From Chiloscyllium plagiosum (taxonomy: Eukaryota), in contig NC_057760.1 of assembly GCF_004010195.1 (NCBI RefSeq), positions 1 through 48,606 on the forward strand: DNA of 48,606 bases, in the 5' to 3' direction. Shown here in pieces: positions 11,420-24,261 of the stretch (position 1 is the first letter of the stretch; each line of letters opens with the position of its first letter). Position numbers and translations under genes: made by a program. The notes under the pieces are model-generated. The model did no database searches, had not been told where the DNA came from, and saw nothing but the letters and a program-made list of their open reading frames with translations.

Positions 11420-12015
11420 TTAGGCCCCTTTTAAATCTTCCCCCTCTCCCCTACTCTGGGGAGAAAAGAGACCTTGAGAGTGTGTTGCTGGAAAAGCACA
11501 GCAGATCAGGCAACATCCAAGGAGCAGGACGATCAACGTTCCGGGCCAGAGCTCTTCATCAGGAATGAAGGCCGGAAACGTCGATTTTCCTGCTCCTCGG
11601 CTGCTGCCTGACCCTGTTGTGCTTTCCCAGCAACACACTCTCGCCTCTGATCTCCAGGAATAAAAAGGGCCTTGTCTATTTACGCTGTCCATGTCCCTCA
11701 TGATTTTATAAACCTTTACAAGGTCACCTATCGGCCTCGGATACTCCAGGGAAAACAGCACCAGCCTCTCCCTCAAGCCCAACTCTGGCAACATCCTTGT
11801 AAACCTTTTCTGAGCCCCTTCAAGTTATACAATATCCTTCCTACAGCAGGGAGACCAGAACTGTAGGCACCATTTCATAAGTGTCCAAACCAATGTCCTG
11901 TACAGCCGCAGCATAACATCCCAACCCCTATACTCAATACTCTGACCAACAAAGGCAAGCATACTAAATGCTTTCTTCACTATCCTGTCTACCTGTGACT
12001 CTACTTTCAAAGAAC
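11420..12015 (-). mobile_element. CR1/HER1 fragment with an inserted hairpin Penelope-like piece (about 11476-11657)
   Basis: SSLKVESQVDRIVKKAFSMLAF...LYRTLV; internal inverted repeat. Confidence 0.85.
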
Positions 12016-12084
12016 TATGAATTAGGGAATCAAACATGTCTATGTGTGACACTAGTCCTTTATCAACGTGGCTGGCCTTTAACT

Positions 12085-12345
12085 AGGTTCCCAAGTTCAA
12101 TTCCAGCCTCTGTGTGGAGTTTGCACATTCTCCCAATGCCTGCGTGGGTTTCCTCCGAGTGCTCTGGTTTCCTCCCGCAGTCCAAAGATGTGCAGGTCAG
12201 GGTGAATTGGCCGTGCTAAATTGCCCGTAGCGTTAGGCGCATTCGTCAGAGGGAAATGGGTCTGGGTGGGTAACTCTTTGGAGGGTCGATGTGGACTGGT
12301 TGGGCCGAAGGGCCTGTTTCCACACTGTAGGGAATCTGATCTAAT
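12085..12345 (+). mobile_element. HE1 SINE
   Basis: tgtgtggagtttgcacattctcc...gggccgaagggcctgtttccacactgtagg. Confidence 0.9.
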
Positions 12346-12869
12346 TCGACCAGTGTTGCTGGACTGGTTAAAATCAGCTGTGAGAAACTGGAATTCGAGG
12401 AGGGCGAGTTAGAGCTTTTGCACACCTTAAGCTGCCTAGGACCTGAATTCATTAAAATCCTTCCCAGTTTCTCTCCCTCTCTAAGTTGCTCCTTACAAAC
12501 CAAGCTTCGAGTCACTCAGATCTTTTTCAGGTGGTTCTGTGTCGATATGTTTTTGTTGACGGACTCCTGTGAAGCTTATCGGGCCATCTGCCAAGCTAAA
12601 GGTGCTATTCGAGATCAAAGTCTTTCCTCTTGTTGTAACGACTTGGCTCGCTTGCTTGTGTCATCCCTGGCACAGAAGAACGACGAGAGAGAGACTGGAA
12701 CTAGGGTGTAAACTGGGCAATAAATGCAGGTGTGGGACAAAGGCAAGGTACACCTTTGTGCTCACTGAACTTCCTGTCTAACAGTTTTATGGACTTGCAG
12801 TTAGCTTCGATGAGGGTGACTCGGGAGGGATTTCAGAGCAGCGACCATTGTTTAAGGCCTAGCTACAGG

Positions 12870-13380
12870 GATCTGACCCTGCCAGTGCCTGATGTGAGGG
12901 AGTACTGCACTGTCAGATGGAGTATCAAATCCAAGCCTTGCTTGCCCTTTTTCATGCAGAATGCCCACAGTGAGGGAACAGGCCATTCAAGCCCTTGCCA
13001 AGTCTCCAAGGAGCATCGCACTCCAACGACCCTGCATTTCTCCTGGTCAACCCATCTGGCCTGCACACCACGAGCAGTTTTATCACAGCCAATCCAACCT
13101 AACCTGCACATCTTTAGGAAACCCACGCAGACACGGGGAGAATGTGCAATCTCCCTGCAGACGGTCACCCCGAGGCTGGAATCGAACCCAGTTCCCTGAT
13201 GCTGTGAGGCAGCAGTGCTAACCAATGAGCCACCGCGCCAGCTGAGAGTTAGAGATGTAAAGATCCCCTGGCCCCTCCACTAAAGAGAAAGGAGGATTTC
13301 CCCCTCCTGTCCCGGTGATAATATTTCACATCACTGAAAACAGACAGTGTGTAAATCCACTGTGCTGCTATGATTGGCTC
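12870..13380. mobile_element. DeuSINE relic (+) split by an HE1 SINE (about 12955-13238, -)
   Basis: tgagggagtactgcactgtcaga before, and gatgtaaagatcccctggc after, an antisense HE1. Confidence 0.65.
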
Positions 13381-13419
13381 ACCTCCAAAACTTGGGGTTG
13401 ACTGAAGCATACAGTAATT

Positions 13420-14180
13420 CGGCATGGAACCAGACCCCTCAGTCTGTGTCGACCAAACTAAACTCGTCCCACCTGCCTGCGATTGGCCCATATCCCTCCA
13501 GACAGTTGTTATTCATGTACTTATGTCTTTTAAACGTTGTAACTGTACCCCCCACCGAACCATTTCCTCTGGACATTCATTCCACACACGAACCATAAGA
13601 CATAAGAGTGGAAGTAAGGCCATTCGGCCCATCGAGCCCACTCTGCCATTCTATCATGGCTGATGGGCATTTCCCATCACCGAACCACTCTCTATGTAAA
13701 AACAAAGATTGTCCCTCATGTCCTTTTTTAAACCTTTCTCCTCTCGCCTTAAAAATATGCCCCCTGATCTTGAAATCCCCCACCCTAGGGAAAAGACCTT
13801 TGCTCTTCACCTTATCTATGCCCCTGGTGATTTTATAAACCTCTTTAAGTCACCTCTCAACTTCCTATGCTCCAATGAAAAAAAATCCCAGCCTCTCCCC
13901 ATAATCCAAAGCCTCCACTCGTACCGACGTCCTCTGCAAAACGCTCTCCGGTTTAATAATCTCCTTCCTGTAACAGAGCGACCAGAGCTGGACATGATAT
14001 TCTAGAAGAGGCCTCACCAACTGCCTGTACAGCCTCAACACGATTATACAATGGGTACATGAATAGGAAGGGTTTAGAAGGATATGGGCCAAGTGCTGGC
14101 AAATGGGACTAGATTAGGTTGGGATATCTGGACGGCATGGACGAGTTGGACCGAAGGGTCTGTTTGCGTGCTGTACATCG
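13420..14180. mobile_element. Nested CR1 fragments (- 13420-14040 with a nested tail at about 13590-13680; + 14050-14180)
   Basis: LYRQLVRPLLEYHVQLWS; cgaacca is duplicated around the nested tail. Confidence 0.8.
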
Positions 14181-14702
14181 AGCCCCTGGGCATCTGTCTC
14201 CAACAAGAATTGTTTAGACCCAACCAGCCCAGCAGAGGGCAGCCTGCTCCATGATCCAAGCCAGCCAGAACCAAGGGGTACCTCCCCTCGGAGTTTGAGC
14301 TTGGCTTATAGACTGGTGGGAGATTGCCAAACGGGAAGAGTGCACGCCAGCCCCGAGGAATCAAACTCAGGAAGCTGTTGCTTGTGTGCAGCGGAAAAAC
14401 AGGGCCAAGAATCTTCTGGCACTTAGCGCGGAGCTTAATTTTTCCTCCTTCCTCACTCTGTCACGAGATGGGCAGTGAGTGATGCCAGGGGCAGAGATTC
14501 CCCCACCCCCACCTTACCCCTCTCCCCTTTCCAGCCCAAATCAGCATTCGATGTTAGAAACAAATAACAGGGGCAGAACAGTCAATCCAATAAGCCGTTC
14601 AGTGGCTGATTTTTACCTCAACGTTGTCCCTCCAGGCTCTCCCCATATCGCTTGGTGCTTTCAACATCTACCCAGTTGTTTCTCAAACACATTCAGTGAA
14701 TT

Positions 14703-15553
14703 ATAGAATCCCTACTGTGTGGAATTCAGACCATTCAGCCCATTGAGTCCACATCAACCATGCGAACAGCATCCCACCCAGACTCTATCCCCATAACCCT
14801 GCAGTTCCCATGGCCAATCCACCCTAACCTGCACTTCCCTGGACACTATGGGGCAATTTGGCATGGCCAATACACCCTAACCTGCACATCCCTGGGCACT
14901 ATGGGACAATTTAGCATGGCCAATCCACCCTAACCTGCACATCCCTGGACACTATGGGAGAATTTCCCATGGCCAATCCACCCTAATCTACACATACCAG
15001 GGCACTATGGGTAACTTAGCATGGCCAACCCACCCTAACCAGTATGGCTCAGTGGTTAGCACTGCTGCCCTCATAGCACCAGGGGCTCAGATTCGATTCC
15101 TGCTTCGGAATCTGTGTGGAGTTTGCACATTCTCCCCGTGTCTGCCTGGGTTTCCTCTGGATGCTCCGGTTTCCTCCCACAATCCAAAGATGTGCCAGTT
15201 AGATGAATTGGCCGTGGTGAATTGCCCATAGAGTTCAGGGATGTATAGGTTAGGTGAACGAGTCAGGGGTAAATATAGGGGTGTGGGTCTGGGTGGGATA
15301 CTCTTCGGAGGGTCAGTATGGACTTGTTGGGCCGAAAGACCTGTTTCCACATTTTAGGGATTTCAATTTTTAAAAAATTAGGGATTCTAATTCAATCCCT
15401 GGATGCTACGGGCCATTCAGCATAGCCAATCCATTCCAACCTGTTCATCTTCGGACGGTGGGAGGAAACTGGAGCACCCGGAGGAAACCCACGCAGACAC
15501 GCGGGGAGAATATGCAAACTCCACACAGACTGTCGCCCGAGGGTGGAATCGAA
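14703..15553. mobile_element. HE1 SINE cluster (- 14703-15040 with internal 53-bp repeats; + 15045-15362; - 15400-15553)
   Basis: HE1 motifs in alternating orientation. Confidence 0.85.
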
Positions 15554-15767
15554 CACAACCTCCATTTGTTCCATTCCACTATGACTGCTAGCCCTTCAAA
15601 ACCTTGCTCAAGAACAAGAAAATGAACAGAAAGAATTAAATTCACAGTGGTGTCTACACAACCCTGAAGGTGGTGACTGAAACACTAGGCAGCAAGCAAT
15701 GCATTTCACTTTTGTTTTGAGGAGACGTCACTGCTGCCATTTTGCTGTGAGACTGTCACAGACTCAT

Positions 15768-16350
15768 CGAGTCATAGAGTCAGAGTCATAGAGTCACAGG
15801 TTCACAGAGTCACAGCGTGGAAACAGATCTTTTGGTCCAACTCATCCATGCCGACCAGATATCCGAACCTAATCTAGTCACATTTGCCAGCACTTGGCCC
15901 ATATCCCTCTCAACCATTCCCATTTATAGAGTCACAGAGATGTACAGCACGGAAACAGACCCTTCAGTCCAACTCGTCTATGCCAACCAGATATCCTAAA
16001 TTAATTGAGTCCCATTTGCCAGCAATTAGCCCATATCCCTCCAAACCCTTCCTATTCATGTCCCCATCCAGATGCCTTTTAAATGTTGTCATTGTAACAG
16101 ACTCCACCACTTCCTCTGGCAGCTCATTCCATACACGCACCACCCTCTTTGTGAAACGGTTGTCCCCTTAGGTCTCTTTATATATTTCCCCTCTCAACCT
16201 AAACCTATGCCCCTCTAGTTCTGGACTCACCCACCCCAGGGAAGACCTTGTCTATTTACCCTATCCATGCCCCTCATGATTTTATAAACCTCTGTAAGGT
16301 CACCCCTCAGCCTCCGCCGCTCCAGGGAAAACGGCCCTCACTTATTCAGC
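15768..16350 (-). mobile_element. CR1/HER1 3' fragment with duplicated tail and (agagtcay)n
   Basis: The tail occurs twice (about 15768 and 15928), followed by the antisense ORF2 end. Confidence 0.85.
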
Positions 16351-16971
16351 TACATGGCTTTAGGAATAGTTACAGCACTGAAGCAGGCCATTCAGTCCAT
16401 CCTGTCTGTGCTGGCTCTCTGTCAGAGCAATTCACCTCATGTCACTCCCCTGTTCTCTGCGACCCCCGTACCCCTGCAATTTTATGTCCTCCTTCAGATA
16501 ATGAATCCTCAGCCCCACACACTCTGCACTCTGGATCTTAACCAGTTGCTGCATTTTCACTAAGTTTCAGAGTTTTAATTGTATTGAATTAGCTTTATTG
16601 TCACACGTACTCACAGGAATACAGTGAAAAGTTTACAAGTTGCCAATTACTGCATCATCTCAGGTAAAAACAAAGGTACCTAGGCACAGATTTTTGAGTA
16701 GAAATTCTGAGGAAAAAAATTATAAAAATAAAAGTGAACATTCTCTTAAGAAATGCAGTGATTCACGCCCATTAATAATTACATTTGGTGTGAGCATTTC
16801 TCTTGGAGGGTACCGAATCTGTGGAATTCTTTATCGCTGTGTATTTAAGTACATTCATGGCCAAGACATATTTTTAATCAGTTATGGAATCATCAATCAA
16901 ATCTCTTCAAGAACAGCCACAGCTTCTTCAATCTTCTCTCAAGTCTTCACCCTGTTCATGACGATTTGTGT

Positions 16972-17295
16972 ACACAGTGGCTCGGTGATTAGCACTGCTG
17001 CCCCAGAGCAACAGGTACCCGGGTTCAATTCCAGCCTTGGGCAACTGGCCGCGCAGGGTTTGCATGTGTTCTCCCCTGTTGTCTGCACGGGTTCTGTCCT
17101 AGCGTTCTGGTTTCCCACCCACAGTCCAAGATGTGTAGGGTGGATTGGCCAAACTAAATTGTCGGGAGCGTGCAGGAGAAGTGGGTTAGAAGTAGGGGTG
17201 ATTGGGATAGAGTGGCTGAGAGTTAGCAGCCGTAATGTTCTTTGGAGAGTTGGTGTGGACTTGATGGGCTGAATGGCCTGCCGTAGGGATTCTAT
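16972..17295 (+). mobile_element. HE1 SINE (diverged)
   Basis: gtggctcggtgattagcactgctgc head; gtagggattcta tail. Confidence 0.75.
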
Positions 17296-17849
17296 AAACT
17301 GGACCCAGTTAAACCTTAAGGTTTTATACCCATTTATTGTAACTGTCTTGCTTTTAGACTCTTCTTTCCATAAAACTCATACACTTTATTGACAGTGCCC
17401 TCAATCTGTCCTATCACTCTCCTTTGCCTTTTCTGCCTGGTCCCCAGGGAGTCAGGTGGGAGATCCCTGAGACATTTCTGATCTCCCCCCTGGGAGGTTC
17501 CTTCTGCGGCTCTGCACCTAGTAACCACAGTCGCAGTGCGGGAAGTGAGGCAGCCAATTTGCACAAAGCCCTCTTCCCATAAATGATAACGTCACAATAA
17601 TTGGGTTGTCTGTCTTCTGATGATGTTTTGGTTGGAGTTAATTGCCCGCAACCAAGACGCCAGGGAATTTAAGAAGACTGTATCAAACCGTTGTTGAATG
17701 CCTCTACAGCTGTGGGCACCGTGTGCTGCTGTTCCAGGGAGCTGACTGCGGGTGAATGGCAAAGTGCCAATGCCCATTCTCTTAACCATGTCTTAACCTG
17801 GGTCTGTTGATCAATGGTTGGGAATATGAGGAATACTGGAAAGAACATT

Positions 17850-18545
17850 TAGAGTCATACAGCTGTACAGCATGGAAACAGACCATTTGGTCCAACTCAT
17901 CCATACTGACCAGATATCCTAAATTAATCTAGTCCCATTTGCCAGCATTTGGCCCATATCCCTCTAAACCTTTCCTATTCATGTACCCATCCAGATGCCT
18001 TTTAAATATTGTCATTGTACCAGCCTCCACCACTTCCTCTGGCAGCTCATTCCATACACGCACCACCCTTTGTGTGAAAAAGTTGTCCTTTGAGCCCCTT
18101 CCAAATCATTCCCCTCTCATCTTAAACCTATGCCCTCTAGTTCTGGACTCCCCCACCCCAGGGAAAAGGCCTGCTGTGTTTTTCCAGCACCACATTTTTC
18201 AACTCTGGTCTCCAGCATCTGCAGTCCTCACTTTCTCCCAGGGAAAAGACCTTGTCTATTCATCTTATCCACGCCCCTCATGATTTTATAAACCTGTATA
18301 AAGTAACGCCTCAGCCTCAAATGTTCCAAGAAAAACAACCCCGGCCTATTCAGCCTCTCTGTGTAGCTCAAACCCTCCAACACCCTTGTAAATCTTTTCT
18401 GCACCCTTTCTAGTTTCACAACATCCTTCCTATACCAGGGAGACCAGAACTGAACACAATATTCCAAAAGTGGCTCAACCAATGTCCAGTACAGCTGCAA
18501 CATGACCTCCCAACTCCTATACTTGAAGCGCTCACCTATAAAGTC
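17850..18545 (-). mobile_element. CR1/HER1 fragment with a short insertion at 18169-18236
   Basis: [37 protein letters not shown]. Confidence 0.9.
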
Positions 18546-18737
18546 TTTAGAATTTATAACAGTCTTTCGAATTCCCCTCCTCAAAAGGCAGTGGGTTAAA
18601 GAACCTTCAATTTTTTTAAGGCAGAGGTAGCTTTTTTTATTATCCAAGGGGTTGAGAGATTATTGAGAGGATGCAGGAGTGTAGAGTTGAGACTAAAATC
18701 CTGATCCTACAGAATGGCAGAGCAGGTTTCAGAGAAT

Positions 18738-19078
18738 CATAGAATTCCTACAGTGTGGAAACAGGCCCTTCAGCCCAACAGGTCCATGCCGACCCTCCGG
18801 AGAGTAACCCACCCAGACCCAGACCCAGAGCCATTCCCCTACCTTATATTTACAAGCTGACTAATGCACCAAACTTACACATCCCTGAACACTTTGGACA
18901 ATTTAACGTGGCCAATTCATCTAACCTGCACATCTTTGGACTGTGGGAGGAAACCCACGCAGACACGGGGGGGACAATGTGCAAACTCCACACAGAGAAT
19001 CACCCGAGGCTGGAACTGAACCTGGATCCCTGGAGCCGTGATGCAACGATGCTAACCACTGAGCCATCGTGCCATCCC
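18738..19078 (-). mobile_element. HE1 SINE
   Basis: Near full-length antisense copy. Confidence 0.9.
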
Positions 19079-19199
19079 ATGGGTTTGTAAGGCTGAACCT
19101 GACATTTATATGTTAAGGAGGATCAGGATGAGGCCTTTCAGTCCCTCGAGCCTACTCAGCCATTCTAGAGTAGAACTGATTTGCTATCTCCATGCTATT

Positions 19200-20565
19200 C
19201 CAGAGGGTAGTGCATGTATGGAATGAGCTGCCAGAGGAAATGGTGGAGACTGGTACAATTGCAACATTTAAAAGGCATCTGGATGGGTATATGAATAGGA
19301 AGGGTTTGGAGGGATATGGGCTGGGTGTTGGCAGGTGGGACTAGATTGGGTTGGGATATCTGGTCGGCACAAGGAAATTGGACTGAAGGGTCTGTTTCCA
19401 TGATGTACCTCTGTACGACTGTAGGATCTGCATTCTCCCCATATCCCTCAATGTTTTTTACCACAGGAGGTCCCCAAGTTAGAAACGTCTGACTTATGAA
19501 TGCTTGTACTTATGAATGTAATCTCACACAAAGGCGTTACTTTAAATATCCCGGGCACCACATGACAGGAATAATGTGCAGACTTTGGAGAGGGTATGGA
19601 AGAGGTTTACCAGGATGCTGCCTGAATTAGAGGGTATGAGCTGTAAGAGGAGGCTAGAAAAACTTGGTTTGTCTTCTATGGAGTGGCGGAGGCTGAGGGG
19701 AGACCTGACAGAAGTCTTTAAAATGATGAGAGGCGTAGTTAGGGTTGACGGTCAGAATCTTTTCTCAGAGTTGAGAAGTCTAATACCAGGGGGAATATCA
19801 GGTGAGAGGGGGAAGTTCAAAGGAGATGTGAATGGGCATGTCTTTTTACACAGAGAGTGATAAGCATGCACTGCCAGGGATGGTGGTGGTAGCAGATATG
19901 ATAGGGGCCTATAGATAAGCACGTAAGTATGCAAGGAATGGAGGGATATGGGCCAAGGGCAGCAGAAGGGATGCATTTAATTTATAAGACCATAAGACAT
20001 AGGGGTGGAAGTAAGGTCATTCAGCCCATCAAGTCCACTCCACCACTCAATTATGGCTGATGGACATTTCAACTCCACTTACCCGTATCCCTTAATTTCT
20101 TGTGAGACCGAGAATTTATCAACCTCTGCCTTGAAGACATTTAACGTCTTGGCCTCCACTGCGCTCCGTGGCAATGAATTCCACAGGCCCACCGCTCTCT
20201 GCCTGAAGAAATATCTCCTCATTTCCGTTCTAAACTGACCCTCTAATTCTAAGGCTGTGCCCACGGGTCCTAGTCTCCCCGTCTGATGGAAACAATTTCC
20301 CAGCGTCTACCCTTTCTAAGCCATGCATTACCTTGTAAGTTTCTCTTAGATCTCCCCTCAATCTTCTAAACTCTAATGAATACTATCCCAGGATCCTCAG
20401 CCGTTCATCGTATGTTAGGCCTACCATTCCAGGGATCATCTATGTGAATCTCCACTGGACACGCTCCAGTGCCAGTATGTCCTTCCTGAGGTGTGGGGCC
20501 CAAACTCGGACACAGTATTCTAAATGGGCCCTAACCAGAGCTTTATAATGTCTAAGTAGCACATT
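19200..20565. mobile_element. CR1 fragments (+ 19200-19420; + 19575-19975; - 19985-20565)
   Basis: LERVWKRFTRMLPEL...RRLRGDL; FFRQRAVGLWNSLP. Confidence 0.85.
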
Positions 20566-21039
20566 TGGCGTCATGGTCGATGCAGCATCATGGGCTGAAG
20601 GGTCCGTTCCTGTGCTGTACTGTTCAATGTTCTATCCAACATTTGAACATTTTCTGTAATTTCATCTTGTCTTGCATTGTGTTCTGACTTGCGAGCAGAA
20701 CGGAACCTGTGTGCAGACTCAGTTGCAATCGTACTCGATGACAGAGTTTCCACAGCTCATTGGAGTGTTCCAACCGTTCTCTGAGTGAAGAAAATTCCTC
20801 CTCAAACAGTACTAAATTGGCCTAGCCTCTTATTCTGAGACTGTGGAGACAGTAAGGACAGCAGATGCTGGGAGCCAGAGACTTATTCTGAGACTGTGTC
20901 TGATCTAATCTGATCTGCCCTCACTTGCCGGTGTGGATACAATGATGGGCTTATGACCTTCAGCAAGGTATCTGTACTCGATTGATGATACTTATGTTAA
21001 CTCCTACATGAACTCAATGTGGGTAACATAGCACTGAAA

Positions 21040-21740
21040 GATTCTGCCTTCCATCCATTGACTCCATCTATACTTCCCACTGCATGAAAAAAGCAATATA
21101 TGTGATTAAAGACCCATCCCATCCCATTATACTCTCCTCCAGTTGGGAAGAAGATACATAGAACATAGAACATAGAAGAATACAGCGCAGTACAGGCCCT
21201 TCGGCCCTCGATGTTGCGCCGATCCAAGCCCACCTAACCTACACTAGCCCACTATCCTCCATATGCCTATCCAATGCCCGCTTAAATACCCATAATGAGG
21301 GAGAGTCCACCACTGCTACTGGCAGGGCATTCCATGAAGTGCCTCCACATCCTTCCTATAGTATGGCGACCAAAACTGAACACAATACTCCAGATGCGGC
21401 CGCACCAGAGTCTTATACAGAACTTTGAAAACACCAACAGCGGGTTTTGAGAAGATTTGTAGCTCAGGTTGAGGTTCTTGATGAAAATGAACCTTCCAGC
21501 TCAGCGAGCAAACCTACATCTAGAACCTACCAACAGATTCAAGAACAGCTTCTTCCCCGCTACTACCAGGCTCATGAAAAGACCTCTCATATACTGGAGT
21601 TCTCTGCACCTTCTCTGTCGCTGTAACACTGCATCCTGTTCTATCACCCTAACTTACTTCTGTAAGATTTGTCTGGTTAGCAGGCAAAACAATACTTTTC
21701 ACCATATCCCGGTGCGTGTGACAATAATAAATCAAATCAC
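21040..21740 (+). mobile_element. Rex1/Babar-like LINE 3' end, interrupted by a CR1 tail (about 21155-21420) and a Penelope-like piece (about 21435-21525)
   Basis: gggaagaagataca...accaacagattcaagaacagcttcttcccc (GRRY...TNRFKNSFFP) and an aataataaatcaaatca tail. Confidence 0.6.
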
Positions 21741-22102
21741 ATTGGTGTTTTACAATTCCCAGTACTCACATACCTTACAAAAAGCTGCACCTGGGCTAGT
21801 AAAAAACAATTCAGTTACAAACTGTAGTGTGTTTTCTCCAGCGTGTCATGCTGCAAGTGGCATGATGGGAATTGAGAGAAGTCACATACCGTTCAGTGAT
21901 AACTTGAACATGTCGCTTTAAGGGGCACTCTAACTATCAGACATAAGACTGCCCTCTGGTTCTAGACCCCACCTGCTTGCCTCACCTCCCACTGGGCAAG
22001 GGAAAGGTCCTACCTGTATCTATCCTTTAAGAATTGTGCATGTTTGAGTGAGATCAGGTCTCAAGCTTCTAAACCCCACAGAATGTGGGGGTTAGGGAGA
22101 AC

Positions 22103-22990
22103 CAGTGGCTCAGCTGGTTAGCGCCGCTGCCTCACAGCCAACAGGGACCTGGATATGATTCCAACCTTGGAGCGACTGTCTGTGTGGAGTTTGCATGTTC
22201 TCCCTGTGTCTGCATGGGTTTCCTCCGGTTTCCTCCCACAATCCAAAGATGTGCAGGTTAGGGTGGATTGGCCGTGGTAAATTGTCCCGTAGTGCCCAGG
22301 GATGTGCAGGTTAGGGTGGATTGGCCACGCTAAATTGTCCCGGGTGGATTGGCCATGTTAAATTGTCCCATAGTGCCCAGGGATGTGCAGGTTCGGGTGG
22401 ATTGGCCATGCTAAATTGTTCCATAGTGTCCAGGGATGTGCAGGTTAGGGTGGATTGGCCATGCTAAATTGTTCCATAGTGTCCAGGGATGTGCAGGTTA
22501 GGGTGGATTGGCCATGCTAAATTGTTCCATAGTGTCCAGGGATGTGCAGGTTAGGGTGGATTGGCCATGCTAAATTGTCCCATAGTGCCTAGGGATGTGC
22601 AGTTTGTGTGGATTGGCCATGCTAAATTGTCCCATAGTATCCAGGGATGTGCAGGTTTGGGTGGATTGGCCATGCTACATTGTCCCGTAGTGCCCAGGGA
22701 TGTGCAAGTCAGGGTGGGTTGACCCTGCTAAATTGTCCCATAGTGCCCAGGGATCTGCAGGTTAGGGTGGATTGGCCATGCTAAATTGTCCCATAGTGCC
22801 CTGGGATGTGCAGGTTAGGATGGATTGTCTGTGTTAAATTAACCCGTAGTGTCCAGGGATCTGTAGGTTACGTGCATTAGTCAGGGGTACATGTAGAGTA
22901 ATGGGGTACGGGGATGGATCTGGGTGGGTTACTCTTTGGAGGGACTTGTTGGGCCAAATGACCTGGTTCCGCATTGTAGGGATTCTATGA
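22103..22990 (+). mobile_element. HE1 SINE with an internal 53-bp tandem array (about 12 units, ~22248-22870)
   Basis: Unit agggatgtgcaggttagggtggattggccatgctaaattgtyccatagtgycc between the HE1 head and tail. Confidence 0.92.
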
Positions 22991-23444
22991 ACACAAATGT
23001 AGCCCTGATCCATTGAATCCACCCTTGGGTCTGGCTAATCCCAGGAATTAGTTTGGTGAACCTTCATCACACTGCTTTTATGGCACGTATTTCTTGTTTT
23101 TTTTCTTCCTGTTTTATTCCCCCAATTGCACACACCTTCTGCTTTCCCAGGCCAGTCTCTGGGGATGGGGTGACAGGGTGCGAGCGATGATGACGACGAC
23201 GCTGTGGATAAGGAGTGATGATGAGAGTTCCATTCACAGAACTGCTGCCGCTGAGCAGGAGACAGGAGGCGGGCCAAGGGATCACTGTAGGCCCGAAAGG
23301 AAACCAAAAACAGACTGCGTGGAATTTTTCCTGAGTTACATCACCCCACACACCCTGAACCACAGATAGAAACAAGGGATGTAAATATAGGACTTGCCAA
23401 TCACGCTCTGATTACAAACTTACACAGTGGGGAAGAAGGGATTT

Positions 23445-23912
23445 CAAGAGTCATACAGTACAGAAACAGACCATTCAGTCCAACTAGTCCGTGCTGAGCA
23501 AATCTCCCAAACGCAACTTCTGCATTTGGCGCACAGTCCTCCAAAACTTCCCTATTCACGCACCTATCCAAATGTCTGGTAAGTGTCAGAACTGTACCTG
23601 TGTCTACCACTTCCTCTGGCAGTTCATTCCACGCATGAACCAGCATCTGTGTGAAAAAGCTTTCATGTACCGGTCCAGATCTCTCTGAAATGTTGTAACT
23701 GAACCCACACCCACCACTTAGTCGGGCAGTTCAGTCCACACCCTCTCCATGATGAAGCCACCCCTCGGGTCCCTTATCAATCTTTCTCCTCTCACCTTGA
23801 GTTTTTGAGCTCCCCCACACCTAGAGAAAGGACCTTGGCTATTCACTCTATCCGTGCCCCTCATGATTTTGTAAGCCTCTATCGGGTCACCCCTCGATCT
23901 CCGACGCTCCAG
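23445..23912 (-). mobile_element. CR1/HER1 3' fragments
   Basis: LVHAWNELPEEVVDTG. Confidence 0.8.
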
Positions 23913-24261
23913 TTATTAGGAGAGTGGTCGCAGTTGGTGTTGATGTAGTGAGGGCCAAGAGAGAGATTTCGAGGAAGGAGATTTTATTTTCTGGCACAGA
24001 AGGTGATCATGAATGTGCTGCCTGAAGGGTCGGTGGAAGCAGATTCAATCGGAATTTTGGAAAGAGGGAATTGAATGAACACCTGAGAAGAAAATGGCAA
24101 TTGGGAACAGGGGACAAATTGATCTTGTGAGCTAGTATAGGTGGGGTTGACCAAATGGCCTCCAACTGTGCCATAATGTTATATGACCGCATTATTGCTG
24201 ACACAAAGGTCCCTTTTAAGATTATTTTTCCTTTTCCCATCAAGCCAAACTATGGGGCATC

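Noticed and set aside
9821..17272. Longer ORF-track entries such as 9821-10489 and 16640-17272
   Set aside because: They are antisense or out-of-frame read-throughs of CR1 and HE1 repeats.
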